A stretch of DNA of 64,000 nt. Origin: Candidatus Marinacidobacterales bacterium. Lineage in GTDB: Bacteria; Acidobacteriota; Vicinamibacteria; Marinacidobacterales; DATDRI01. This document shows, piece by piece, positions 47,158-57,377 of this stretch (its first letter is position 1; each line of letters opens with the position of its first letter). The stretch is taken from contig OZ245365.1 in the NCBI GenBank assembly GCA_965226495.1, forward strand, positions 3,264,001 through 3,328,000, read 5' to 3'. A program made the translations under genes and the position numbers. The notes below the pieces were generated by a model. It was not told the origin of the DNA. It saw nothing but the letters and a program-made list of their open reading frames with translations, and searched no databases.

Positions 47158-48283
47158 CTACGACTTGTGCGGGGGCTCCCGCCGGCTCAAGAGAAAAGCC
47201 TTCATGAACGGATCGAGATGGCCATCCATCACACGATCCACGTCGCCGATCTCCTGTTTCGTGCGATGATCTTTCACCATGCGATAGGGCTGAAAGACAT
47301 AGGAGCGAATCTGATTGCCCCAGGCAATTTCCTTTTTTCCATCGTGTAGAGCCTCGATCTTTTCCTGCTTCTCTCGGAGCATTCGATCGTAGAGCCTGGC
47401 CCTGAGCACCTTCATCGCGATGTCGCGATTGCGATGTTGGGAGCGCTCGTTTTGGCACTGCGTAACGATACCAGTAGGAAGGTGGGTAATGCGTACGGCA
47501 GAGTCGGTGACGTTGACGTGTTGGCCACCCGCCCCGCTCGACCGGTAGGTATCGATGCGAATATCTTTCTCATTGATTTCCACCTTCACCTCTTCGTCGA
47601 TCTCGGGAAAAACAAAGACCGAGGCGAACGAGGTGTGCCGCCTCTTCGCCGCGTCGAAGGGTGAGATACGTACCAAACGATGGACGCCCACCTCACTCGA
47701 AAGCAGACCATAGGCATAGGGACCGCTAACGGTAAATGTTGCGCTCTTGAGTCCCGCCTCTTCACCTTCCTGATAGTCGAGCATCTCGGCCTTCCAACCC
47801 TTTTGCTCGGCCCAGCGCAGATACATTCTGAGCAACATCTCCGCCCAATCTTGGGATTCCGTCCCCCCGGCGCCCGGGTGGATGCTCACGATCGCGTTTT
47901 TCGCGTCGTTCTCTCCCCCCAGGAGCTTCTGGATCTCGGCGGCCTCGACATCCTGCTCCAGTTTCTCCAGATGCTTCTTGAGCTCTTCCGCAACCGTCTC
48001 CCCCTCCTTCGCCCACTGGATGAGAGTGCGGACTTCCTCTTCGCTGCCGTTGAGATGATTGATCAGGTCCACGTCGCGCTGAAGGCGACTTCGTTCTCGC
48101 GATAACTGCTGTCCCTGGGCGGGATCGGACCAAACTGCGGGATCGGCCAGCTTTTGTTCTATCTCGGCGAGTGCTTTCTTGACCGCGGCTTCGTCAAAGG
48201 TAACCTCGAACGTCCTCGACCCGACTCTCGATCTTCTCGTACCGCTCTAGCAACTCGTCAACAGTATGTGGCGTATGTGGCAT
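47158..48283 (-). CDS. prfB: Peptide chain release factor 2 with programmed +1 frameshift
   Basis: ATG at 48283 gives MPHTPHTVDELLERYEKIESRVEDVRGYL, then CTT TGA C (48199-48193) with upstream GAGG. The shifted frame has SPF and GGQ. Confidence 0.96.
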
Positions 48284-49815
48284 TAGGAGCCTCGCCGTCC
48301 CCTCTTGTCCCGGTAATGGAGCGCGACTACCGCGACCCCGAAAAGCAATGTTACCACGGCCATCGAATGAGATAAAAGAAAGCCGTAGCGAACGAAGAAA
48401 GTTTCATCATGACGGAACGAGACGTTGCGCACCAGAAGCGCCGGCGTAAACAGATCTCCCCGGGCCAATACCCGGCCAAATGGATCGACGAATGCCGAGA
48501 TGCCGGTGTTGGCGGCCCGGACCAAATACCTCCGCGTTTCGATGGCTCGCAGCACCGCCTGATTGAAGTGTTGGTATGGAGCCGCGCTATGTCCGAACCA
48601 AGCGTCGTTGGTCACGTTGATCAAAAGGGCGGCGCCCGCTTTGACGAAACGCCGCGTCAGGTTCGGATAGATCGCCTCGTAGCAGACGAAAGCTCCGATA
48701 TTCTCGCCCTCGACCGCAGCAACAACAACTTCGGTCCCGGCTGTGAAATTAGAGGCGCTCTGAACGACGGGTTTGGCGAAAAAAAGCAACGACCTGAGAG
48801 GGACGAACTCACCGAACGGAACCAAGTAGATCTTGCGGTAGCGCAGCCGAACCGTTCCGTCTGGATCGAGAATCTTGATCCCGTTATAGGATCGGTAGTC
48901 CTTGGTCCCCGATAGAAACTCGTAATCGTCGCTGCCGAACAGGAGGGGCACGTTTTTGTCCTTCGCGAAATTGCGCATGTGCTGGGCCTCGACCGGCCCC
49001 CCGTCGAAGTAAAAGGGCGTCGACGATTCGGGCCAAACCACAAGCCGCACCCCTTGCTCGATGCCCTCGCTCGAAAGCTTCATGTGAGTGGCGAAAATCT
49101 GTTTTCTATATTCCGGCTTCCATTTGTGCTCTTGCAGCACGTTCCCCTGCACTGCGGCGACTGGGAAACTCGCCGTGGGAAGTGGGCGCGCCAGCTCCCG
49201 GTATCCAAATAAGAGCGTTGCCCCCACCAACGTGGCGACCGGTACCCCTGCCATCAACGCGCGCTTGAGCCCGGGCCGACAAAGCCAGTAAGCGATCAGG
49301 GCATTCACGAGCACGATCAGCAGAGAGACCCCGTACACGCCGGTGAGTGAGGTGATTTGGACGACAGGCAGGAAGTCGGTCTGGCTAGAGCCGAGCAGAC
49401 ACCAGGGAAAGCCTCCGAACGGGTACTTTCGGAAAAACTCGAGCCCCACCCAAAGTATCGGAGAGACGAAAATCCCGCCGGCGCCGCCACGCATGCAGGC
49501 GGCCGCGGCGAGCCCACCGAACGCCGTCGAGTAAAACGAAAGGTAGCCGACTAAGGTCAAGAGAATGGCCACGCTCGTAGGCCAACCGATTCCATCCCCG
49601 AAGCGAACCATGGTGTCGCTGATCCAATACAGGTTTCCAAGGTGGAAGAACAGACCGAAGAACGCCCCGGCCACCATCGCTTGCCGTGGGCGAACCTGGG
49701 TTATCTGGTAGAGGAAGGGCACCAAAGCGACCCACGCGAGCAAAGTCAGCCCGGCGCGCGGGAAGCAGAAGACCAGGAGCGTCCCGGAGAACGCCCCCGC
49801 CACCATGGAGCTCAC
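48283..49815 (-). CDS. lnt: Apolipoprotein N-acyltransferase
   Basis: GGFPW, VQGN, VWPES, K..LVPFGE, VCYE, NVTNDAWF and RAANTGIS. Confidence 0.95.
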   Translation of the reverse strand: MSSMVAGAFSGTLLVFCFPRAGLTLLAWVALVPFLYQITQVRPRQAMVAGAFFGLFFHLGNLYWISDTMVRFGDGIGWPTSVAILLTLVGYLSFYSTAFGGLAAAACMRGGAGGIFVSPILWVGLEFFRKYPFGGFPWCLLGSSQTDFLPVVQITSLTGVYGVSLLIVLVNALIAYWLCRPGLKRALMAGVPVATLVGATLLFGYRELARPLPTASFPVAAVQGNVLQEHKWKPEYRKQIFATHMKLSSEGIEQGVRLVVWPESSTPFYFDGGPVEAQHMRNFAKDKNVPLLFGSDDYEFLSGTKDYRSYNGIKILDPDGTVRLRYRKIYLVPFGEFVPLRSLLFFAKPVVQSASNFTAGTEVVVAAVEGENIGAFVCYEAIYPNLTRRFVKAGAALLINVTNDAWFGHSAAPYQHFNQAVLRAIETRRYLVRAANTGISAFVDPFGRVLARGDLFTPALLVRNVSFRHDETFFVRYGFLLSHSMAVVTLLFGVAVVALHYRDKRGRRGS

Positions 49816-49816
49816 G

Positions 49817-50536
49817 CTACTGGGTTATGTACGGCTTGAACTTCTCAACCTCGCGCAGCTGGACCGCCACTTGCTCGGCCTCTACACGACTGTCGAATCT
49901 CCCCACCCGCACACGGTACAGCCCCGCCGAGCCTCCTGGCTCGAGATAAGCTCGGTAGCTGGCGTCCTTGAGACGCTTCACCAGGGAGGCCGCCCCTTCT
50001 TGGGTCCTCAGTGCCACGACCTGAATCGTAAATGCTCCCCGCTCGCCTCCGATCACGCCAGGATCGGCGGACGCCGGGCGCGGGGGCGGTGTCGACGTGG
50101 GAGCGGATTTCTTGGGCTTGGCTGATGCCTCCTTGGAGGCGTCAGAGATTGACCCCGCTCGCGCGCTAGGCTCGCTCGGTTTCCTCGTCTTCTTCGATTT
50201 CCTCGACGACGCCACTAACTGTTCCGGGTTGCCGGCGGGACTCTGAAGCTTGGCGTCCACTTTCTCGGCCTCCAGTCGCTTCGGGAAATCGAGCTCACTG
50301 CGCACGTCGGCAGGGGGAACCGTGGTCTTCATCGACTGTCCGGACTCTCCCACCGGGGGCTTCGACAGGATGCTATTCCCGCCTGCGGCAAGCGTTGCAT
50401 CCCGCACCCCGCGCCCGACCATCACTCCGCAGAGAAAGACGACCACGGAGATGGCTACCGCTGCCATGAAGAAAAAGACCAATTGTTTGTTATTCAACTG
50501 GACTTCGTAATAGCCTGCTTCTTCGTACTCGGCCAT
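49817..50536 (-). CDS. SPOR-domain cell-division protein
   Basis: N-terminal TM, low-complexity linker, FTIQV.A...YRVRVGRF. Start uncertain (ORF extends to 50569). Confidence 0.88.
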   Translation of the reverse strand: MAEYEEAGYYEVQLNNKQLVFFFMAAVAISVVVFLCGVMVGRGVRDATLAAGGNSILSKPPVGESGQSMKTTVPPADVRSELDFPKRLEAEKVDAKLQSPAGNPEQLVASSRKSKKTRKPSEPSARAGSISDASKEASAKPKKSAPTSTPPPRPASADPGVIGGERGAFTIQVVALRTQEGAASLVKRLKDASYRAYLEPGGSAGLYRVRVGRFDSRVEAEQVAVQLREVEKFKPYITQ

Positions 50537-50634
50537 TTCAAACGACTCCTTCCCTTTCCTGCCCCTCAAAAGATTTCGACTTCGTTAGTGTCTTCCTCGT
50601 AAAAATACAGCTAGCGACAATTGTCTCAACTCAA

Positions 50635-51768
50635 TCAGGCAAGGCTCGACGAACTGCTCGCTTGAATGCTAGCGGAGACCCTTTCTTGCTCCTCCTTGCC
50701 AAACTGACGTCCTATACCCAACAACAATCCATAGGTAAGCTCGTTGAGCCCATCGACCAGTATCGTTCTCTTCGCATCGTGTTGACGGTCGCCCAAGTTA
50801 GCCAGTAGCTGCTCGAAGTCGACACGGTCCGCACTACTGAGCTCGATCCCCTCGAACAAGGGAGCGCATTGCTTCGACACCTCGGCCACGATCCGGTCCG
50901 CGAACTCGCCTGCCTCGTCCCCCAACTTCTCTTTAAGGTAAGTTGTCAGAGTGTCGAAGTTGCGGTTGTAATGCTCGACGATTTCCTCGAGCTCGTACTC
51001 CCGCTCGACGGTCAGACCCTTTCCCTCCGCGCCTTCCGCCCCCCTCTCCAGAACTCCGACCGCGACCAAACCGTAGAGAATTCTGAGCGTCTCGAAGTTG
51101 GAGAGGAAGCTCAACGAGAGTACCTGCTCGAGGTTCATCGTCCCGTTCACCAGCGACAGAATCTGTGATTCGTCCGAGTCGAGCTCCAACTTGTATATAA
51201 GATTGTCCGCGTTGTCCGACACACGAAGGACTCGGTCGATGGATCCCAGACCGGCATAGATACGCGAAAAGTCGGTGATGCGGCGAATCCCCTCGAGAAT
51301 CACATCTTCCGTGTTGAGTTGCAACGTGATCGGACCTTGTGCCGACAGCTCCTTGATGATGAACTCGTATTCCCCTCGCACCCAGTCGAAGAGCCCATAG
51401 ACGATCTCTTCGACGTGCCCCTGGATCGCCGCAATCAGTTCATCAGGAGACAGAATGTTTTGGTCCACCATGATCGCCCCGAAGCGTTTGCCGGGCCGAA
51501 CCAACTTGCTCCCCTCCAGGAACTGTCGGACGGTAATCTTTCCTTGCTTGATCAGATACTCGCCGAGCCGGTCGTCGGGGAGATTCGAGGTGGCGAAGAT
51601 GACTTGCCCGTCTTTGAAATAGACGGCCTTCCAACGTCCCATGTCGTGGAAGTTAAGGGTCCCGGTCTCTCGGCTGCGGCTGATGCTAGCAAGCAGCTCG
51701 TGGAGACTGGACTCCGAGAGGGAGCCTCGTATACTGAGTTCCTCGTCCTGCATCGTCATCTCGCTCAA
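50635..51768 (-). CDS. DUF4388 domain protein
   Basis: RGSLSE..L.ELL...ETGTL, VYFKDGQVIFATSN...RLGEYL, LFDWVRGEYEF. Confidence 0.82.
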   Translation of the reverse strand: MSEMTMQDEELSIRGSLSESSLHELLASISRSRETGTLNFHDMGRWKAVYFKDGQVIFATSNLPDDRLGEYLIKQGKITVRQFLEGSKLVRPGKRFGAIMVDQNILSPDELIAAIQGHVEEIVYGLFDWVRGEYEFIIKELSAQGPITLQLNTEDVILEGIRRITDFSRIYAGLGSIDRVLRVSDNADNLIYKLELDSDESQILSLVNGTMNLEQVLSLSFLSNFETLRILYGLVAVGVLERGAEGAEGKGLTVEREYELEEIVEHYNRNFDTLTTYLKEKLGDEAGEFADRIVAEVSKQCAPLFEGIELSSADRVDFEQLLANLGDRQHDAKRTILVDGLNELTYGLLLGIGRQFGKEEQERVSASIQASSSSSLA

Positions 51769-51796
51769 TGGCGAGCCGCGCTCGGAAACGACACCG

Positions 51797-52567
51797 TCAC
51801 GAGTCGCTCCCCCGTCCTGGCGTGAGGAAGGATTGGATCAGATCGATCGGCAGTGGGAATATGATGGTCGAGTTTCTTTCCGTTGCAATCTCGGTGAGGG
51901 TTTGTAGGTACCTCAGTTGTATTGCCATCGGATGCTGTCCGACGATCTTCGCGGCAGCCGCCAGTTTCTCGGAAGCTTCGAATTCGCCGGCCGCGTGAAT
52001 GATCTTGGCTCGCTTCTCTCGTTCCGCCTCGGCTTGTTTCGCGATGGCGCGCTGCATCTCCGGAGGCAAATCGACGTGTTTGACTTCCACCGAAGTCACC
52101 TTGATGCCCCATGGATCGGTGTGTTTGTCCAAGATGTCCTGAAGCTGCATGTTGAGCCGCTCTCGCTCCGAAAGCAGATCGTCGAGCTCCACTTGACCAA
52201 GCACACTGCGAAGCGTCGTCTGCGCAAGCTGCGAAGTCGCATAAAGGTAGTTCTCTACCTCGACCACCGCCTTAATCGGTTGAAGGACTCGGAAGAAGAT
52301 CACCGCGTTCACCTTCACCGAAACGTTGTCCCGGGTAATCACGTCCTGAGGGGGTACGTCGAGAGCCACCAAACGGAGGCTCATTTTGACCATCCGATCC
52401 ATGGGACTGAAAACAAAGACGAGACCCGGCCCTTTGGGATAGGGCAGGAGTTTCCCGAGCCGAAAGATCACCCCACGCTCGTATTCGTTGAGAACCTTGA
52501 GCCAGTTGAGAAAGAAAATTGCTACAAGAATAAGGCCAATGACATAACCACTCAGCCCGAACGGCAT
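51797..52567 (-). CDS. SPFH/band-7 (slipin, stomatin-like) protein
   Basis: [32 protein letters not shown] and QAEAERE. Confidence 0.95.
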   Translation of the reverse strand: MPFGLSGYVIGLILVAIFFLNWLKVLNEYERGVIFRLGKLLPYPKGPGLVFVFSPMDRMVKMSLRLVALDVPPQDVITRDNVSVKVNAVIFFRVLQPIKAVVEVENYLYATSQLAQTTLRSVLGQVELDDLLSERERLNMQLQDILDKHTDPWGIKVTSVEVKHVDLPPEMQRAIAKQAEAEREKRAKIIHAAGEFEASEKLAAAAKIVGQHPMAIQLRYLQTLTEIATERNSTIIFPLPIDLIQSFLTPGRGSDS

Positions 52568-52570
52568 TGT

Positions 52571-53890
52571 TCACTCCCTTTCAGTCAAGCTCTCAGAGAA
52601 GGGCTCCACTCGGAGAACGAGCCCATCAATCCTTGTCACTTGAACGCGTGCTCCCTGCGCGATCTTGGCCTGCGAGAGCGCATCCCAGTACTCTCCATGA
52701 ACGAAGATCTTCCCTCGCCCGTCGATATCTGTGGAAGCGGTTCCTACCAGTCCGATCAAGCCCTGATCTCCTGTCACGGGTTTCCGCTTCATCGAGATGA
52801 TAACCAATCGAGCAAGGAACCCAAACACGACGACGAGTGTCACTACCACCGGAAGTATGACGGTCCAGCCTAGCTGGAGCACTGGAGTCGGCACCGTTTG
52901 CTCCTTGAAAAGCATGAGAGACCCCAGGATCAGCGCCGCGATACCACCCAGTCCGAGAACACCGAAAGCCGGTGTGAAGGCCTCCCCAATGATCAGACCC
53001 ATCCCTACTAAGAGCAAGAGTACACCCGCATAATTGACCGGTAACACTTGAAGCGCAAAGAAAGCCAGAATCAACGAGATGACGCCGATGACCCCAGGCA
53101 ACACCGCCCCGGGGTTGGCGAGCTCGAAGTACAGGCCCATCATCCCGAGCGCCATGAGAATGTACGCGACATTCGGGTGGGCGATGACGGAAAGAATGCG
53201 TTGCGGCCAGCGCATCTCGAATGCGACGACGGTTTCGCCCTTGGTGTTGAGTACCACTTCGTCCCCGTCGAAACGGGTCACCGTCTTGCCATCGAGTTGT
53301 TCCAGAAGCTCATCCTCGGTGCCGGCGATGTAATCGATGAGTCCGACCTCGAGCGCTTCGGTCTCGGTCCACGACTGGCTCTCGATGACGCCTTTTTCCG
53401 CAAGCTCGACCGGCCTACCTCGCTTCGCGGCGATAGAACGGATATAGGCGGCGGCATCGGACTCGACTTTCTTGGACATCGTCTCGTCCATCTCTTGACC
53501 GCCTCCCGAGACAGGATGAGCCGCACCCATGTTGGTGCCGGGCGCCATCGCCGCCACGTCGGCCGAGAGGGCGATGAGAAACCCCGCCGAGGCGGCGCGT
53601 GCACCGGATGGAGCCACATAGACAACAACCGGAGTCTCGGCGTTCAGGATCTTTTCGATGATCTCCCGCATCGCAGTGTCCAACCCGCCGGGTGTCTTGA
53701 GTTGGATCAAGACCAGCTCCGCACCATCGCGGTCGGCTCGATCGATGCCTTCCGTGATGTACTGGGCGCTGACCCGATGGATAATGTCGTCTACGGTGAG
53801 CTTGTAAATGGGGGCGGACCAAGCCGGTGCCGCCAGGGTCAGCACGACCGAGGCAAGGAACCCTATGGTTAATCTGTAGAAGAGACTCAT
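52571..53890 (-). CDS. nfeD: NfeD membrane-bound serine protease
   Basis: TPGG, ARAASAG, MAPGTNMGAAHPV, TM region and C-terminal OB fold (VHGEYW). Paired with the SPFH gene. Confidence 0.93.
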   Translation of the reverse strand: MSLFYRLTIGFLASVVLTLAAPAWSAPIYKLTVDDIIHRVSAQYITEGIDRADRDGAELVLIQLKTPGGLDTAMREIIEKILNAETPVVVYVAPSGARAASAGFLIALSADVAAMAPGTNMGAAHPVSGGGQEMDETMSKKVESDAAAYIRSIAAKRGRPVELAEKGVIESQSWTETEALEVGLIDYIAGTEDELLEQLDGKTVTRFDGDEVVLNTKGETVVAFEMRWPQRILSVIAHPNVAYILMALGMMGLYFELANPGAVLPGVIGVISLILAFFALQVLPVNYAGVLLLLVGMGLIIGEAFTPAFGVLGLGGIAALILGSLMLFKEQTVPTPVLQLGWTVILPVVVTLVVVFGFLARLVIISMKRKPVTGDQGLIGLVGTASTDIDGRGKIFVHGEYWDALSQAKIAQGARVQVTRIDGLVLRVEPFSESLTERE

Positions 53891-53900
53891 CAAAAATGGA

Positions 53901-53930
53901 AGTATACATTGAGGCTATGACGAGTGTCAA
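53901..53930 (-). promoter_or_regulatory. sigma70-type promoter for nfeD
   Basis: TTGACA-N18-TATACT, 10 nt before the ATG. Confidence 0.5.
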
Positions 53931-53968
53931 GGCGTTCTATGCGGTAAGTCTATGAAACAGCGGCCCTT

Positions 53969-56056
53969 GTGGTTCTCACCCCTCGAAAGCCTCGACGTTC
54001 AACGGGTCTCGCGGCACCCGGGGCGAGCGGCTTGAACCCTCGAGCCATAGCGGCGGTGGTCGGTTTTTTCGCCGCACTAACCTTCATTTTTACGATTCCG
54101 CTGAGCCTGCATCCCGCAGGCCGGGCCTTGGATCTAGGAGCCGATACTCGCCTGTTCCTCTGGACTCTGGCCTGGGACGTTCATGGGCTGGTGAGCCAAC
54201 CCTTGTCGTTGTTTCAAGCCAACATCTTCTTCCCCACCCCCGACACGCTCGCCTACTCGGAGCACTTGTTGGGAACCGCGATTCTCGCGGCACCGTGGCT
54301 CGCGGCGACCGGGAATCCTCTGCTTGCGTTGAATGCGGTGCTGCTCATCTCCTGCGTCGGTGCAGGCGCGGGAACTTACTTTCTCGCTCGTCGAGTCGGC
54401 GTCGGCGTGGCCGGTGCCCTGGCCGCCGGCGTCATATTCGCCTTCGCACCACCCCGCTTCTTCCGGCTCGGGCAAGCTCACCTGGCGGTGGTACTTTGGA
54501 TGCCCCTCTGCTTGGGTTTCCTACACACATATGCCGCAGGGGGCTCCCGAAAACACCTCTTGGCGGCGGTGGCTTTCTTCACACTTCAAGCGCTCTGCGG
54601 AGGACAACCGGGCTTGTTTCTCGCGTTCGCCGCAGGAGGATTCCTGCTGTACGCGTGGGTCTTTGGCTTACTGCGACCTCGGGGAAGACTTCTCGCCGAC
54701 TTCGGTCTGGCGGCCGTACTCGTCATCGCTGTGAACGTGCCTTTCTTCCTCCCCTACCTCCGTGTGCAGGAAGAGTCCGGCCTCAGCCGATCGCTAGACG
54801 AAGCACGAGAGTGGTCCCCCAATGCCGCCAGCTTTCTCGCCGCGCCCACGCACATGCAACGACGCCTACTCTCGATCATTCCGGGACTCGAGCGTCGCAT
54901 CATGGGTACCGCCCGGGCATACTTGTTCCCAGGCTTTCTGGCATTGGCTCTCGCACTGGTGTCCCTTCGACGGGTGCAAGAGGGTTCTCCGGTGGCCAAG
55001 CGTGCGCCACCACCTGCGCAGACTGCCCAGGGAGGGCCGGCGCGTTGGCCAGGTTGGCCAGGTTGGGTTGTCGCGCTAGACGCCTTGCTCATCGTGTCCG
55101 CTCTCATCACCTTGTCCCTCGTAATCACAGGAGGGGTTCGATGGCAGGTGGGAGGCGTAACGATCTCGGCCCGCGGTGCCGGGAGAGCGGCGCTCGTCTT
55201 GGTCGCCTTGTCGGGACTACGCTTGGCGCTCGCCGGTCGAAGCCCGTTCGCATTCCGGGAACTGTATCGACGACTCGTCGCGCGAGTGCGGATAGAGTGT
55301 TCATCCCGCGTGGGTATTCAAGCCGGCTACTACTTCTTTCTCGCCGTCTTCTCTTTGTGGATCGCCCTCGGGCCCAGCTTCGGCCTATACGCAGCCTTTT
55401 ACCGACTCGTGCCAGGCTTCGACTTCATTCGAGTCCCCTCTCGATTCACGTTGCTGACTGTTTTGAGTCTGGCCGTTCTCGCCGGTGTCGGATTGGAGCG
55501 ACTTCTCGGTAGCGTACGCGCGAGTCGACGCCGGCTGCTCGCCCCGGTGACGGTCGCGATTCTGGGCTTTCTGCTTCTGGAATTTGCAGCGTTCCCCCTC
55601 GATGCTCCACCCTACTCGTTCGCGATCCCGCCCATCGATCGATGGATCGCTCGCGAGGCCCAACGTTCAGGCCCCTTCGCGGTGGTCGAGCTTCCGGTCC
55701 CGGATCCGAGAGATACCGCCGCCTCCGCACGCTGGCACTCGCTCTACATGTTGCACTCAACCGCGCACTGGCAGAAACTCGTCAACGGCTACAGCGGTTT
55801 TACACCACCCACTCACGACGCGCTCTTTCGTAAACTCGTCAATTTCCCAGATGAGGCCAGCATTGGTGCGCTCGAACAAATGAGCGTGCGCTACGCGGTC
55901 ATTCACCGGGATGCGTTTGACGAGGATGGGTGGCAAGAGGTGAAGGAAAAGCTGGAGGTTTTCGACGGCCGATTGCGACTAGAGGCCGAGGAGGAAAGCG
56001 GGCTGGCCTATTCTCTTACTCGTTCGAAGACGAATCCACCTGATCATGAACCGTGA
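53969..56056 (+). CDS. Polytopic membrane glycosyltransferase-like protein (GT-C/YfhO-like)
   Basis: D..LFLWTLAW, ANIFFP...TLAYSEHL, IRVPSRF and LVNGYSGF. Confidence 0.7.
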   Translation: MVLTPRKPRRSTGLAAPGASGLNPRAIAAVVGFFAALTFIFTIPLSLHPAGRALDLGADTRLFLWTLAWDVHGLVSQPLSLFQANIFFPTPDTLAYSEHLLGTAILAAPWLAATGNPLLALNAVLLISCVGAGAGTYFLARRVGVGVAGALAAGVIFAFAPPRFFRLGQAHLAVVLWMPLCLGFLHTYAAGGSRKHLLAAVAFFTLQALCGGQPGLFLAFAAGGFLLYAWVFGLLRPRGRLLADFGLAAVLVIAVNVPFFLPYLRVQEESGLSRSLDEAREWSPNAASFLAAPTHMQRRLLSIIPGLERRIMGTARAYLFPGFLALALALVSLRRVQEGSPVAKRAPPPAQTAQGGPARWPGWPGWVVALDALLIVSALITLSLVITGGVRWQVGGVTISARGAGRAALVLVALSGLRLALAGRSPFAFRELYRRLVARVRIECSSRVGIQAGYYFFLAVFSLWIALGPSFGLYAAFYRLVPGFDFIRVPSRFTLLTVLSLAVLAGVGLERLLGSVRASRRRLLAPVTVAILGFLLLEFAAFPLDAPPYSFAIPPIDRWIAREAQRSGPFAVVELPVPDPRDTAASARWHSLYMLHSTAHWQKLVNGYSGFTPPTHDALFRKLVNFPDEASIGALEQMSVRYAVIHRDAFDEDGWQEVKEKLEVFDGRLRLEAEEESGLAYSLTRSKTNPPDHEP

Positions 56057-56504
56057 GGAGCTTCGTGATCTCGAAGGATTTGGCACCGGCGGGAGTTTGG
56101 ACGGTGACTTCATCGCCCTCTTGTTTGCCTAACAGTCCTTTTCCAATGGGTGAGGTCGTGGAGATGAACCCACGCTGCACGTCGGCCTCTTCGCTCATCA
56201 CCAGTCGGTACACGACGTTTGCTTTTTTCTCGATCTCGTAGAGATGGACTTCCGAGCCTAACGAGACCCGATCCCGTGGAATCTTGCTCATGTCGATCAT
56301 AGACAGCTCGCCCAGTCGCTTGCGAAGTTGGCCGAGTCGCGCGTTGACGTAGCCTTGGCGCTCCTTGGCGGCGTCGTATTCGGCGTTTTCGGAAAGGTCG
56401 CCGTGCTCGCGAGCGATCTTGAGCTCCCTGGGAAGCTGGACGTGGAGCTCTTCTTCGAGCGCCTTGATCTCTTCTTTGAGTTTCTCGAGAAAATCTTGTT
56501 CCAT
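56016..56504 (-). CDS. greA: Transcription elongation factor GreA
   Basis: AREHGDLSENAEYDAAKERQ and ISTTSPIGKGLLGK. Start trimmed to MEQDF. Confidence 0.95.
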   Translation of the reverse strand: MEQDFLEKLKEEIKALEEELHVQLPRELKIAREHGDLSENAEYDAAKERQGYVNARLGQLRKRLGELSMIDMSKIPRDRVSLGSEVHLYEIEKKANVVYRLVMSEEADVQRGFISTTSPIGKGLLGKQEGDEVTVQTPAGAKSFEITKLLTVHDQVDSSSNE

Positions 56505-56580
56505 GGCCGGGTCGCCCATGTTAACACATCGCGGAACGCCAATCCCGCCCCGTGGTAGCATGGCGGGCAGGTCGCGCAAC

Positions 56581-57375
56581 ATGAAAACCCTGGCCAGCCC
56601 GGAAAACCCGCTCATCAAGACGATACGCCGCCTTCGGCAACGGCCCCACCATCGCGGGGAGGACCGATTCATGCTCGAAGGCGTCAAGCTGGCGAACGAA
56701 GCGCTCTCCTCCGGTACCGAGGTCCTGCACGCCATTCTGTCCGCCGACTTCAGCGACAGCTCGAGTGGACGCAAGCTTGTCCGCCGGCTGGAAGCTTCGG
56801 GGGTGCCCTCGGTCTCGGTAGACGAAAGCCTTTTCCGGCGCTGCAGCAGCTTGGAAGCGCCGGAGGGCGTGTTGCTCCTAGCAAAACGAGACCCACGACC
56901 GCTCCAGGAACTTTCTGGCGATCTGATCGTGGTCAGCACGGGGGTGCAAGACCCGGGCAACCTGGGGGCCATCGCGCGAGCGGCCGAGGCGGCCGGCGCA
57001 TCGGCGCTCGTCGCCTGTCGTGGCAGTGCCTACCCTTTTCATCCCAAAGCGGTCAGAGGGTCGATGGGTAGCTTGCTGCGACTCCCCGTTTTCGATGGCG
57101 GCGATGCGGACACCGCAGTCGTCGCCCTCAAACAGAAAGGCCTCTCACTAGCGGCTTGCGTCCCTCGTGGGGGATCGGACTTCCGAAGCGTCGATCTGAA
57201 AAAGGATTTGGCTTTGATGCTGGGAAGTGAAAGCGGCGGTTTGCCCGAAGAATTAGTACAAGTGTCGGACCTGCGCCTATCGGTGCCTATGAAAGATGGT
57301 GTGGATTCGCTCAACGTGGCGGTGGTTGCGGGGCTCGTACTCTACGAAGCGGCACGCCAGCGAGGAGTCATATAA
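56581..57375 (+). CDS. TrmH/SpoU-family RNA methyltransferase
   Basis: QDPGNLGAIAR.A, PKAVRGSMGS, GSESGG and SLNVAV. Confidence 0.92.
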   Translation: MKTLASPENPLIKTIRRLRQRPHHRGEDRFMLEGVKLANEALSSGTEVLHAILSADFSDSSSGRKLVRRLEASGVPSVSVDESLFRRCSSLEAPEGVLLLAKRDPRPLQELSGDLIVVSTGVQDPGNLGAIARAAEAAGASALVACRGSAYPFHPKAVRGSMGSLLRLPVFDGGDADTAVVALKQKGLSLAACVPRGGSDFRSVDLKKDLALMLGSESGGLPEELVQVSDLRLSVPMKDGVDSLNVAVVAGLVLYEAARQRGVI

Positions 57376-57377
57376 CC

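Noticed and set aside
56505-56972. Long N-terminal extension of GreA (and of the TrmH ORF from 56365)
   Set aside because: Mutual antisense read-through of two divergent genes. Family homology starts at 56504 and 56581.
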